NCBI GenBank assembly: GCA_028534125.1
Contig: CM052817.1
Coordinates: 75,766,001 to 75,830,000, forward strand
DNA length: 64,000 nucleotides
Direction: 5' to 3'
DNA from: Lama glama
Taxonomy: Eukaryota
Made by a program: the position numbers and the translations under genes. This document shows, in pieces, positions 53,015 to 64,000 of this stretch. Numbering within the stretch: the first letter of the stretch is position 1; the number at the start of each line of letters is the position of its first letter. The notes under the pieces are model-generated. The model ran no database searches, was not told the DNA's origin, and was given only the letters and a program-made list of their open reading frames with translations.

Positions 53015-55300
53015 ATTTTATTTTTTGACTATTTTTTAGAGCATTTTTATAACAAATTTTAGAGGAAGGTACAGAGATTTCCCATGTTATCACCTGTCCC
53101 CACACAAGCATCATTTACCCCATTATCAACACCCCCACCAATGTGGTACATTTGTTACAGTTGGTGAATCTACATTGGCACATCATAATCATAATGTAAT
53201 CCAAAGCTTACCTTAGGGTTCTCTTGGTGTTGTACCTTCTATGTGTTTGGAAAAATGTATAATAACATGAATTTATCATTATAATATCATACAGAGTATT
53301 TTCATTTCTCTGAAAATCCTCTGTGCTCTGCCTATTCTTCTCTCCCTACTCACCACAATCCTGGCAACCACTTTTTTTTGTTTTCTGTTTTCTGTTTTAT
53401 TTTCACCATAGTTTTGCCTTTTCCAAAATGTTGGAAACCATATAGAACATAATCTTTTCTGATTGGTAACTTTCCCTTAGTAATATGCATTTAAGATTGC
53501 TCCATGTCCTTTTGACTTGATAGTTTATTTCTTTTTAGCACTGAATAATATTCCATTGTCTGGATATATCACAATTTACCCATCAACTACTGAAGAATAT
53601 CTTAGTTTAGTCGAAGTTTTAGCAATTATAATTGTAACTGCTATAAACATGCTACAGACCGTGTGCAAGTTTTCTTGTGAACATAAGTTTTCAGCTGCTT
53701 TAGGTAAATACCAAGGAGCATTATTACTGGATTATGGAGTGAGATACATTTAGTTTTGCAAGAAACAATCAAATTGTCTTTCAAAGTGGAAACTGTTTTG
53801 CATTCCCTCCAGCAATGTATGAGAGTTCCCATTGCTCCTCATAAGCATTTGGTGTTGTCAGTGTTTTTGGCCATGCTAATAGTTATCTTTTTTTTTTTAA
53901 TTTGCATTTTCCCAATGACATATGATGTTGAGCATCTTTCCATGTTTATTTGCCATCTGTGTATTTTCTTTGATGAGGTGTCTGTTAAGGTCTTTGTCCC
54001 ATTTTTCAATTGAATTTTTTCCTTTCTTATTGTTGAGTTTTAAGAGCTTTATGTTTATGTTAGATAACAATGTTTTATCAGATGTGTCATTTGCAAATAT
54101 TTTCTTGCTTATGAATTATTTCTTTCGTGGGTCATGTCTTTGGTGTTGTTTCTAAAACATCATTGCCATACCAAATGTCATCTAGGTTTTATTCTCTGTT
54201 ATCTTCCAAAAGTTTTATAGTTTGTATTTTATGTTTAGTCTGTGATCTATTTTGAGTTAATTTCTGTGAGGAATGTAAGTTCTGTGCCTAGATTCTTTTC
54301 TTTTCTTTTCTTTTTCTTTTTTGCATGGGCATGTCTAGTTGTTCCAGCACCATTTGTTAAAGAGACTATCTTTGCTCCATTATGTTTATTTTGATCCTTT
54401 GTTGAAGATTGATTGACTGTACTTATAGGGGACTATTTCTGTAATCTGGTCTGTTGAATTGATCTGTTTGTCTGTTCTCTCATCAGTATTGTTATGTCTT
54501 TTTTATTGTAGCTTTATAGTAACTCCTGAAGCCAAGTAGCATCAGTCCTCTTACTTTATCCTTCTGCTTTAATATTATCTTGGCGAGTCAGAGTCTTTTG
54601 CCTCTCCATATAAACTGTAGAATCAGTTTGTCAATATTCATAAAATAACTTGCTGGGGTTTTGACTGGGATTGCATTGAATCTGTAAATGAAGTTGGGAA
54701 GAACTTATATCTTGACAATATTGCCTTCTTGTTCTTGAACATGGAATACCTGTCCATTCATTTAGATCTTTGATTTTATTCATCAGAGTTTTATAGTTTT
54801 TATTACATAAATCTTGTACATATTTTATAAGATTTATATGTAAGTATTTCATTTGGGGAGGTCCTAATGTAAATAATACTGTCATTTTAATTTAAAATTC
54901 CACTTGTTCATTGCTAGTATATTGGAAAGCAGTTGTCTTTTGTATTATAACCTTGTATCCTGCAACCTTGTTATAATCACATATTAGTTTCAGTAGTTTT
55001 TCTGTCAGTTTTTTTAGATTTTCTGAAAAATACACAATTTTGTGATTTGTGAACAAAGATAGTTTTATTCATTTAGTTCCAATCTCTATACTTGTATTTT
55101 ATTTTATTGCCTTATTGTATAAGGAAGGACTTTGAGTTTGTTGTTGAAAGGGAGTGGTGAGAGTGGACATACTTGCCTTGTACCTGACCTTAGTGGGACA
55201 GCTTTGAGTTTCTCAATGTTAAGTATGGTGTTAACAGTGGATTTTTAGAGTCATTATCAAGTTGAGAATGTTCTCCTCTATTCCTAGTTTACTCACTTTT
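53015..55300 (-). mobile_element. 5'-truncated L1 (L1MC1-like): 3'UTR plus ORF2 C-terminal part
   Basis: 3'UTR 'gaggaaggtacagagatttccca...gtggtacatttgttacagttggtgaatctacattggcacatcat'. ORF 54631..54885 'KYLHINLIKYVQDL...NYKTLM...EW..IPCS'. Confidence 0.9.
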
Positions 55301-55396
55301 TCCATAAATATGAAGCATGCTATCCAATACTATACATTAGGAAGTAAAGAAACACTGTTTCTTATATTGAAAAAAAATCAGGGAAATTTGAGGAGC

Positions 55397-55447
55397 AAAA
55401 ATTGAACTATTGAACTATATCTCCAAAATTGAACTATTTCTCCAAAA
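55397..55447. repeat. Imperfect short tandem duplication (ttgaactat x3; ttgaactat-a/t-tctccaaaa x2)
   Basis: Read directly from the sequence. Confidence 0.85.
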
Positions 55448-56457
55448 GCCTGATAAAATGGTTTTAAAATAAAATATAAACACATTAGGATTTTTTACTA
55501 TATTTTACCGATATACAATGTTTTTAGTCTAACATAAGAAAATTGTTGATCCCATAGATATTATCATCATCATTATTATGATTCCTACTGCTAAGATTTA
55601 TTATTTATTATTCTTTAATTATAGCTGTATTTTATCTATTTTGGGTATGCTCAGATTTTCTTCCACAAAACATATTTTACTTTACTCCTGTTACCAATAA
55701 GGTGAAATTAGATGACTTCTCATAGATATTCGGACATGTAAGTTTTATCTGTGACTAATTGTAAAGATTTATTTGAGGGGGCATAGTGGGTCATGTCTTT
55801 AAACATTTAGACATGGTTGAGATTTAATAAAATTAATAGTCAACTGAAACCTAAATATTCACTGTTTATCTGATAGCATGGGCTTATCCCAAAGGGTGTA
55901 AAATATTCAAAGTAGCAGATGTAAATCTAACTTGCGCAAATCATATATTTACATTTCAGTTTCATGATGAAATGTTTCAGTTTAATTGAATCAGCTATAT
56001 CAATTACTCTAAGTATGTAAAGAGCTGTTATGTTTTATTTAGGAATTTGAACTAAGTATGAATGAACCCACTGAGACAGTATTTCAATATCAATTATTCA
56101 TCTCATTAAATCATGTTGTTTATAATATAATAAAAGAAAAATGGTGGAGGAGCCCATCCCATTTAGGACTAAAATTTATCTTGACCACTGTTGACTCCAT
56201 CCTATATTACATGGATAATTCTAACAGTTATCCATGATGCAAGTCTTACTCTTTTTTCCGTATCCTTCTAGTTACCATTACTACATGAATCTTCTGAAAG
56301 CACAACCAGAGGTGGTTTGGTTCTCATATTAGCCACAGGCAGTGATGTTTTCCTCCTAAGTAGTGAAGGATACCATTTTCAGTATGACATTTAAAATCTT
56401 CCCCCATAAAACATTTGTTAGGATTTCTAAGCTTACCATCAGATAGGTGGTGGAAAT

Positions 56458-56905
56458 TGTGAAGGGTCTCAGATTTTACCATGCTTCAGTCTGAAAAGGA
56501 AGCTTGCAACAGTTTGAAGAATCCTGGAAGAATCAGGAGAATCTTAGGTTGGAGACTAAGAACTTTATGACTCATGGCATAGTGAGCAGTATGAGCTTCA
56601 TCTTCATATATGGTCCCCTTGCCCCCAAGTCCTACAGTGATTCAGAGGAGCCCAGGTAGATGCTATATGTGTGGTGCACTTGCATCACAGTTGAGGAACC
56701 CTGAGCTTAATGAACCTAAATTTTTATAATCTACAAGCAAATTTCCCTGACCATTTTCCCAGAAGAAGATTTAACATTACTACATTAAAATAGTAAACAA
56801 ATTTGCCTTTTATAACTGTATTTGAAAGATAATCCAGAATAAAAGGGCAGAAGTGCCTCTATTTGCAAGACATGCTAGAGATCCATGGAAGATTTTCTCC
56901 CAATA
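56458..56905 (-). mobile_element. 3' LTR of a decayed ERV (MER54-like, ERVL class)
   Basis: 'tgtgaagggtctcagattttacc...gagactaagaactttatgactcatggca...ttctcccaata'; directly preceded on the minus strand by a purine-rich tract (56906-56922). Confidence 0.8.
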
Positions 56906-56999
56906 ATCTCTACTCTCATTTCTGTACTACTTTCATTTTTGACAAATTTCCGCATGGATATACCTCTCCCTTGGACACTTCGATTAATCTAACCCACAA

Positions 57000-58243
57000 C
57001 ATTTAACTAAAGCTACTCGCAGTCTGGCTTCAAGTGGCTTGTAGTTTTGACCACGGCAATGCATCCCAGTGTCCTAGACCCACCTAGCTGAACAAATCCC
57101 ATAAAGCATCAGGGGTTAGCTTAGAAAGCCAGATAGCTTTAACCTGAAATTTCTCTGTTGACTCTTTGGCTGGGCCTGAGACGTTAATTCAGGCACAGAA
57201 GGATGCATGATAGAACTCTGACACCGAGGAGAAAATGTAGATCAACTGTTTCATGGCTAACAACCCTAGACAGCAAATTTAGTTTGACCTGAATGCCTTC
57301 TAGTGCTGAACTTCTGCCATCAATGATTTCAGCTAAAGTCAGAGAAAGATTTTGACTCTCTTTTCTAAATAGATGTTTCGCATTTTAGGGAAGACTGCCC
57401 TCAGGGTGGACATAAATAACACATGAATTATTTCTTCATAATATCCCCAAATACCAAAGATGGCCTAATTTTAGAGGCAATACCATGATCATCTAAATGT
57501 TACACGATTCATTGGTTTTCTTAAACAATTAAGGTCTCTTATGACCACACCACACCTAATTAAGCCCCAGTGTTTCAAAGAGAAGTTAACACCTGTTTTC
57601 AATGCATAATATGAAGTCTCATGTACACAGGTAGTGCCATTGGAAAGACATTGTTATCTATAACTCATGGGGACCCACAAAGAGACCTACATTTGTTAGA
57701 GGGCATATTATGCCAGTCTATCCAGTGTGGCTTCCAAGCCAGTATGTGAATCTTAGGGTTCTCAATTTACTTTAAACGATGGAGCCTGGTTCTTATATTT
57801 AGAACTGACAGATTGCAGTCAGTCAAATCTGTCCTGTTTGTCCATGCCACCAGACAAGGGCATGTGTCTGTCCTACAAAGTGATTGAGAAACAGCTGGTG
57901 ACTGGAGGTAGGGAAGACACCAGTGCTAGTGACAAGTGCTTTGTGTAAGAGGTACAGGGTTTGGCACTATTTGCTGCCATTTTCAATAGGCTTCTTGGTA
58001 AGGTTAAGAGGAATTGTGATTAAATCATTGTTAAAGCCATTTGGAAGGAATGACAGACCAGCACCCCATTAAGTTTAAGATGCTTGTAATGGTTTGAGAG
58101 ACAGAGGCATCAGACTGTTTTCCTTTGTGAGAAGGGCTCAGCATCTGTTCTGAAAGTGATGATTAGTGTCACTCTTCCACTCCTTCACCACGTGGGACAT
58201 GGCATGTTCTCTCTTCCCCAGGTGTCAGGATTTTGATCTCCGT
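57000..58243 (-). pseudogene. env: Decayed retroviral env (SU relic and gamma-type TM)
   Basis: My minus-strand translation of 57351-57060 reads NLSLTLAEIIDGRSSALEGIQVKLNLLSRVVSHETVDLHFLL...ASFCA*INVSGPAKESTEKFQVKAIWLSKLTPDALWDLFS*VGLGHWDA. This is a heptad repeat, a degenerate immunosuppressive domain, and a W-rich membrane-proximal region. Stops and frameshifts present. Confidence 0.8.
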
Positions 58244-58935
58244 TGTTTGAGAAATATGATAAAAATTAAAATCTCCTTCCAAACCACAAAAATGTTCCTA
58301 CAGAGGTAGAAAAGAAAGAAAGTAGTTTTATTATTAAATAAACATTAAGCCAGAATGTGATGCACATCACAGGCAATCTGCTAAAAATTTTCAAAGACAA
58401 ATAAATCTCATCATTTTATATAGCCAAGCAGATACACATCCTCCTACTAGAACTAGTTAACACTGATCTTGAGAATGCCTGTGTAAGAGGATTTGACAGC
58501 ACTGCTTATCACACATCTCATCCTAGATTTACTCAGTAATTGGGTGATCATCTTTGTTAGCTAGCTGACTTTATCCACATGAAAAACAAAATCATGATAG
58601 CTTTATAACAAGAGGTAGTTTTGCATTTGGAGTCAGGTACCTGAAAAAATTAGGCTCCTACCCTTCCACAGAAACTGGGAGATAGGAATCTATCTTCCTT
58701 AATGATTGCATTTCAAAGAGATGGTGACTAGGTCCTTGAGAAAAACATTCCTGAGTCTGAATGCTGGCAAGAGCCTGATTTAGCTTTTAAAAAGATTTAC
58801 ATACATTGCAAAGAGACAGAGAAATAGCTTGCAATTACACATTTTCTAAAGTAAATGCCCAAAGGAAAGGGAAGGGGCTCTCTTATTTTCAATAGGGAGA
58901 ATTATTTCTTTACCATCTTTGATTTGTATTTTACA
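58244..58935 (-). mobile_element. ERV1-class solo LTR (MER90/MER110-like) nested in the provirus; TSD CCGT/CCAT
   Basis: TG...CA termini ('tgtttgag' ... 'ttttaca'); flanks ccgt (58240-58243) and ccat (58936-58939); 'ccagaatgtgatgcacatcacaggcaatc', 'ttttctaaagtaaatgc'. Confidence 0.85.
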
Positions 58936-59055
58936 CCATTCACCACTACATAATCTGTGTTTCTCATGCACTACCTGTAATTTCAATCATCTGTTTACAC
59001 CCAGACTTTCCCTATAGAGGAGGCAAATGCAAGAGTTATTATAATTGCATTTTTA

Positions 59056-59102
59056 CATACATATATTCATTTTCATATTTTTTCATTGAAGGTTATTACA
59101 AG
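59056..59102 (-). mobile_element. 47-bp tailless L1 3'UTR fragment flanked by a perfect 15-bp TSD (ataattgcattttta at 59041-59055 and 59103-59117)
   Basis: TSD read directly. Insert 'catacatatattcattttcatattttttcattgaaggttattacaag' resembles the cetartiodactyl L1 3'UTR (compare 30970-31015). Confidence 0.75.
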
Positions 59103-59159
59103 ATAATTGCATTTTTAGAAAACATCCAGAATGAAATTTAAATCCTCTGTGCTTCCTTT

Positions 59160-60015
59160 TGGCCCAGCAGTGTGGCCAAGGGTTTAAGTCAAGGGCAAGA
59201 AAGGGGCATTATGCCCATCAGTGGCCAGTATAAAACCCTAAATTTTCAAAATATATAAACTCCTATTTCTTTCATTCTGATCATTACCTGAGAAGTACCT
59301 GGGACACTTTCTGGGACTGCCACATTAATTGAAATAAAAAAAAAATGTCATTACTAAAGTGTATGGAATAGAAAAAGGTGAGGGTAGAAAGGTTAGAATT
59401 TCCTTTGAGTTAATTTTTGAGGAGGCCATATCAACTCTCAGATATCAAGTGCTTGTGGACTGTAGGGATTATGCTGGGTTCATATTATGTTTGGGTATCA
59501 CCCGTTGTTGAGTGGCTTTGGCAATAATAGGAATACCATGGCAGATTGCAGATGATCTGAGAAAACAAACAGGTAACAGAGATTTGATTCAGTGGTCATA
59601 TATATGTGACAGAAATTAGCCAGTTGGGTTGGAACATCAACACAATAATGTGGAAAAAAATGTCAACAGAAGTGAGGCACCATTAATATCCCTGAAAGGG
59701 GGCAAGGGTTCACCAGTCTATCTTCTAGAACTGGTTGGGGTAATGCCATATGTTACGTAGGTTAATCCATCATAAGACGAACAAGCTAAATTTTGGCCGT
59801 CGTCCCAAGTATGGCATTCAGTGGTAGACTTTGCATCTGAAACGTGGATTCTTTTCTTTTTTTGCTGAGGATATAGCGGTGTGTGTGTTTCTGCATCCAG
59901 TGTGATGATTGGCCCAGGCAGCAATGGACAGTCTGGATGGTGAAGACTAGATTAGCAGATTGATTCCAGTTGGTCTCATCAGATTATTAACAATGATCAT
60001 TTATATATGAATGGC
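59160..60015 (-). pseudogene. pol: Decayed retroviral pol: RNase H C-terminus and integrase (ERV-L/class III type)
   Basis: Minus-strand motifs: 'DETNWNQSAN' (~59980-59950), 'IAAWANHHTG' and 'TTECHTW' (HHCC-like), 'CLTSVD' (59679-59662), 'DHLQSA' (59557-59540), 'PYSPQA' (59467-59450), 'GLLKN'. Many stops and frameshifts. Confidence 0.85.
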
Positions 60016-60714
60016 TTAGAAAGTTTGATTTGCTCCTCAAGAAAAGTGGGATGGAAGTTAATTTGGGAGCCAGTATTCCATGAATGTTTCTTAAAACTAT
60101 GTGGATAAATAATTCCACTTAGGTAAACGGTAAAAATACAAAAAGAAAGGGTCCAAGTCTAAGATTTTAATAGTAAAATTGAATGACAAAAATATGTCTC
60201 TTCATGTTATGTTTTACCCTTCTCTCTTCCTTAATCTCACAGTTTGACCACTGAATGATTTCTCTTCTTATATGTCAAGTAAATGTTAAAGAAAAAAACC
60301 TTTCTCTAAAGCTCTCAAAGGGTCTTAGTTACAAAACTCTAGTCTAATTTGCTTTAATTAAGAACTTTTCCTAACTGTGTCTATTCATTAACAAACTGTA
60401 ACCCATTTGAAGAGTTAAAAGTATAATTTCTTCTACAATAAGCAATATATATTTATATCCCCATAGACGTTTTTTGAAGTATCAATCTGTATGATTTTTA
60501 GTTCTCTAGATGGCATATCTATTGACCATATCATTAATAAATCTATACACAGGGAAAGCATTTGAATTATGTTGGTTGAAAACAAAGTCAGTAAAACAAT
60601 TGCTTGCTGACTTATTCGGTACTTTTGAAGATAAGTGATTTTGTTTATTTTAACATATCAGAACTGCCTTAGGTTTTGACAACATGGGCACAGAGTGCTA
60701 TTTTGAAGAATTAC

Positions 60715-61060
60715 TGCTATAAACTGAATCCTCCTAACATTGATTTGTTGAAACCTAATCCCCGGTGTGATGGAATTTGGAATTAGCCCTTTGGGAAGTG
60801 ATTAAGTCATGAGAGTAGAGCCCACATAAATGGAATCAGTGCCCTTATGAAAGAGATCTCAGACAGAGCCCTGCACCCTCTGCCGTGTGAGACTACAGTG
60901 AAAAGACAGTCATCTGTGAACTAAAAGTGGCCTCTCATCAGACACTGAATTTGCTTCTTGGGGCTTCCCAGCCTATAGAACTGTGATAAATAAATATTTT
61001 CTGTTTATAAACCCCACAGTTTATGGTATTCTGTTATAGCAACCTGAACAGATGAGGATG
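60715..61060 (+). mobile_element. MaLR solo LTR (MLT1A-like) with perfect 5-bp TSD ATTAC
   Basis: 'tgctataaactgaat...gtgattaagtcatgag...ccagcctatagaactgtga...tttatggtattctgttatagcaacctgaac'; attac at 60710-60714 and 61061-61065. Confidence 0.92.
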
Positions 61061-61249
61061 ATTACTATGACCAAAACATGTCCATATATACATCATAATA
61101 GTTGGAAAAGAATTTAATTATCTAAAAATCATGTGGATAAATATGTCTGTCAAAGTCAATGCATAATAGCAAATGTGAATAATAAGTTGACTTTATATTA
61201 TTAAAAATTAAAGTATAATATAAAATATCTATAATTATCAAATGGTATT

Positions 61250-61810
61250 GGAAGCAAGATTTCTGGAGTGAGAGAGTTAGAAACTGGGCAAGTACTTCTT
61301 CAGTTAGGAAGGATAAAACTGGACATATTTTGCAAAATCTTGACCCTAGGAATCAAAGTCATACAACAAATTGAAAAACAGTCAAGAAAAATACTGAACT
61401 ACAATTTAGAAAAATGAGTCAATGACATGTCAGTCTGAGGATGCTCCTGTTTCTTCAGTTCCATTAGCAGAATATTTTACCAGTGAAGGACAAGTTTAAT
61501 AATCTAGCAGCTTTGTTGACATAAGGGAGTGACTTGCTTTGGAGTGGAGTCAAAAATACAAATGCTCCAGGAGTCATTGGAAACATCAGACCTGGGTGGC
61601 AAACAAATGCGAAAGGACAAAATTACAGCTAGTCTGAAGTTGTTACCCAGTTGGTGCAAGCAAACACTGATAGATGAGGCAGAAATATACTAGGATACCA
61701 GGGAGTAAGGCAACCACAGTGGGCCTTGATAACTCCCATGTATCTCTAGTGATCTGAGAAGCTGTGTGCATGTGTCAAAGTGCATCCATGATCAGGAGAG
61801 AACAGAAAGG
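61250..61810 (+). mobile_element. Old L1 5'UTR-like relic
   Basis: Weak recalled similarity to L1MC-type 5' ends; followed by L1 3' sequence. Confidence 0.4.
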
Positions 61811-61813
61811 GCC

Positions 61814-62127
61814 AGTATTGGTTTCATATTTCTGCTGTAACAAATTACCACAAACATAGGGATTAAAATAATAAAAAATGTATTGTCTTAGGTTCTGAAG
61901 ATCAGAAGCCCAAAATTGGTCTTTCTTGGCTAAAGTCAGGGTGTTGCTAGGCTAATTCCTTCTCAAAGCTCCACAGAAAATCTATTTCTTAGGTCTTCCA
62001 GCTTGTAAATCTGAGCATTCCTTAGCTTGTGGTAGTATCACTCCAGTCTGTTTCTCTTATCACATTGCCCTCTTCTCTGTCTCTGATCCTCCTGCCACCC
62101 TCTTCTAAGGATCTGTGTGATGACATC
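61814..62127 (-). mobile_element. MaLR LTR fragment (MLT1C/D-like)
   Basis: 'ctgctgtaacaaattaccacaaac', 'gctaaagtcagggtgttg', 'cctcctgccaccctcttctaagga'. Confidence 0.85.
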
Positions 62128-62129
62128 AA

Positions 62130-62730
62130 ATAAAAACTTACAAGATAATTCAATTGACATTTCACCAAAGAAATTTGCACATGGAAAGCAGCTCAGCATT
62201 TTTAGTAATTAAATAATTACAAATTAAAACTGTAATGAGATACCACTTCACTCTCACTAGAACAGTCATATTAAAATGATATATAATAGCCAGTATTGGC
62301 CAGGATGTGAAGAAAACTGGAACCCTCATACAACGATGGAGGGAATGTAAAATGGTACTGTCTCTGGACAGTACTTTGGCATTTTCTTAAAAAGTTAAAC
62401 ATAGACTTACCGTGAGATCCAGCTGCTTTCAGTCAATCTACCTCTGAGAACTGAAAACTCACATCCACACAAAGAATTGTACGCTAATCTTAGTAGAAGC
62501 AATATTCATAACAGTTCATAACTTAAAATAATCCAAATGTTTATTTAGTGGCGAATTGGCACATGAATGATGGTGTGTACATAAAATGTGATGCTATTCA
62601 GCAATATTTAAAAAATTTTATAAACTGAAAGAAGCTACAAAATGGATGAATTTCAGAAACTTTATACTAAGTGAAAGAAGCTAGACACAAAAACTACACA
62701 TTATGTGTTTCCATATATATGACATATCCT
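62130..62730 (+). mobile_element. Old L1 ORF2 3' end/3'UTR fragment
   Basis: 'aaaactgtaatgagataccacttcactctcactagaa', 'ttcttaaaaagttaaacatagacttacc', 'atactaagtgaaagaagctagacacaaaa'. Confidence 0.85.
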
Positions 62731-62747
62731 AAAAAGTCTTTAATTTT

Positions 62748-62895
62748 GTATCTAAATGAGATGATGATTATTCACTAAGCTTACTGTGATAATCATTTTA
62801 TGATATGTGTAAGTCAAGTCATACTGTACATTTTATGCTCATATAGTACTGTATATCAATTATATCTCAATAAAACTGAAAGAGAAAATAATATA
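62748..62895 (+). mobile_element. L1MB-like extreme 3' end with poly(A) signal
   Basis: 'cttactgtgataatcatttt...gtaagtcaagtcat...tgtatatcaattatatctcaataaaactgaaa'. Confidence 0.8.
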
Positions 62896-64000
62896 AAAGT
62901 GATACTAGTAAGATTAAATAACAGAAAAAGAGATAAACCATGAAGCAATTCATAAACCAACATCTTTTATTTTAAATATCTTTCTTAATCATGTCTGCAC
63001 TGTCAGGGTGTACAGAGTAGAACTGACATGGTACTAGGAGCATCACGACCTGTAAAAAAGTTCAAAAATGCTTTACCTTAAGTGTCATTAAAAATTGAGT
63101 TGGGAATTTGTAATTTCCATAGAAGAATTAAGTAAATAAAACTATAGTTATGTAAAACATTTTATAGTACTAACTTTGGGACTGCTGTAATTTCATGTAA
63201 GTATAAATGCAAATCACCTGATATTTTTGAACTAAAAGTGAAGCAAATATTTACAATTTTGTTTAAAAAAATTGTGTTATTTTTATAAAAAATAATACGG
63301 AATTCTCCTTATGAAAATTCTTTAAAGACTACCTGAGAAGGAAAATAGGAAAGAGAAGTCTGTTTCCCAAATCATATGGAAGCACATATAGTGGTTAAGC
63401 TTCAATTCTTTTAATTGAGAATTATAACATATGTCTGTTTGGAGAAGCTTGTTTTCCAAAGAAAACATTTATAATGGTAATTAATATGTTTTGGGACATA
63501 ATGGGCCAATAATATGTTTGGGCCAAAAATCATAAACAAAAATTCGTGTTCAAAAAACATGACATGGACATAGACATGTAATCAGAAAAAATATACTGTT
63601 GATATATTTATAAAGTAAAGAGGAAGCTGTCATGTCTTGACCCTCTTTTAACTGTTTTGGATTGATAACCCTCCCCCCAAAATAACTGAATTATATGGTA
63701 ACCTTGAAAGACTTATTTCAACATTAAATATCATGTGAATTCACAAGTTCATTTATGAACTATAAAATGTAAAATAGATAGTACATTCTAAAACTTCATG
63801 ATATATGAATAATAGGTAAAACGTGTGTGGAGGAGGAGGGGATCTCAAAATTCTTACTGGTTTTATGATGTCCTTAAAAAGTTTTCTGTTTTAAACACAT
63901 TGTTCTTTTTTGACGTCAGACTTAATTGATGATTCTTATCAACTCCTCCTGTATCATCACTCAAGACTAGTATAGAGGTAGTGGGATGGAGGTGATTTCT

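Noticed and set aside
55397..55447. Short direct repeats as a CRISPR-like array (also 6533-6568, 39385-39432)
   Set aside because: Only 2-3 adjacent copies with no unique spacers; ordinary slippage duplications in a mammalian genome
57000..57430. Env TM as a domesticated syncytin-like gene
   Set aside because: Contains stop codons, frameshifts and an eroded CX6CC/immunosuppressive domain; no long ORF
63911..63918. Perfect CRE motif TGACGTCA
   Set aside because: A single 8-mer with no promoter context; about one is plausible by chance in 64 kb

Overview
This is AT-rich, CpG-depleted eutherian (placental mammal) genomic DNA, either intergenic or deep intronic. I recognise no protein-coding exon, RNA gene, CpG island or CRISPR array. 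The larger ORFs in the track are fragments of decayed LINE-1/LTR elements, and the rest look like chance ORFs. The window holds several L1 elements of different ages (1-3020, 10361-14109, 36020-39850, 53015-55300 and older L1M fragments), MaLR/ERVL/ERV1 solo LTRs, L2 and MIR relics. It also holds a decayed provirus at 56458-60015 (minus strand) that pairs an ERV-L-type integrase with a gamma-type env TM. I see no Alu, B1/B2, BovA/BovB, PRE-1 or CanSINE, and a young L1 3' end at 30874-31031 resembles camelid L1, so the source is probably a camelid (inference). I found no convincing new biological system. The most interesting signals are retrotransposition oddities: a 47-bp tailless L1 insertion with a perfect 15-bp TSD, a TSD-bounded L1 with two internal deletions and a 231-bp 5'UTR repeat, an inverted/deleted L1 cluster, and foreign DNA captured inside L1s. 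Repeat subfamily names come from my recall of consensus sequences and need RepeatMasker/Dfam confirmation.
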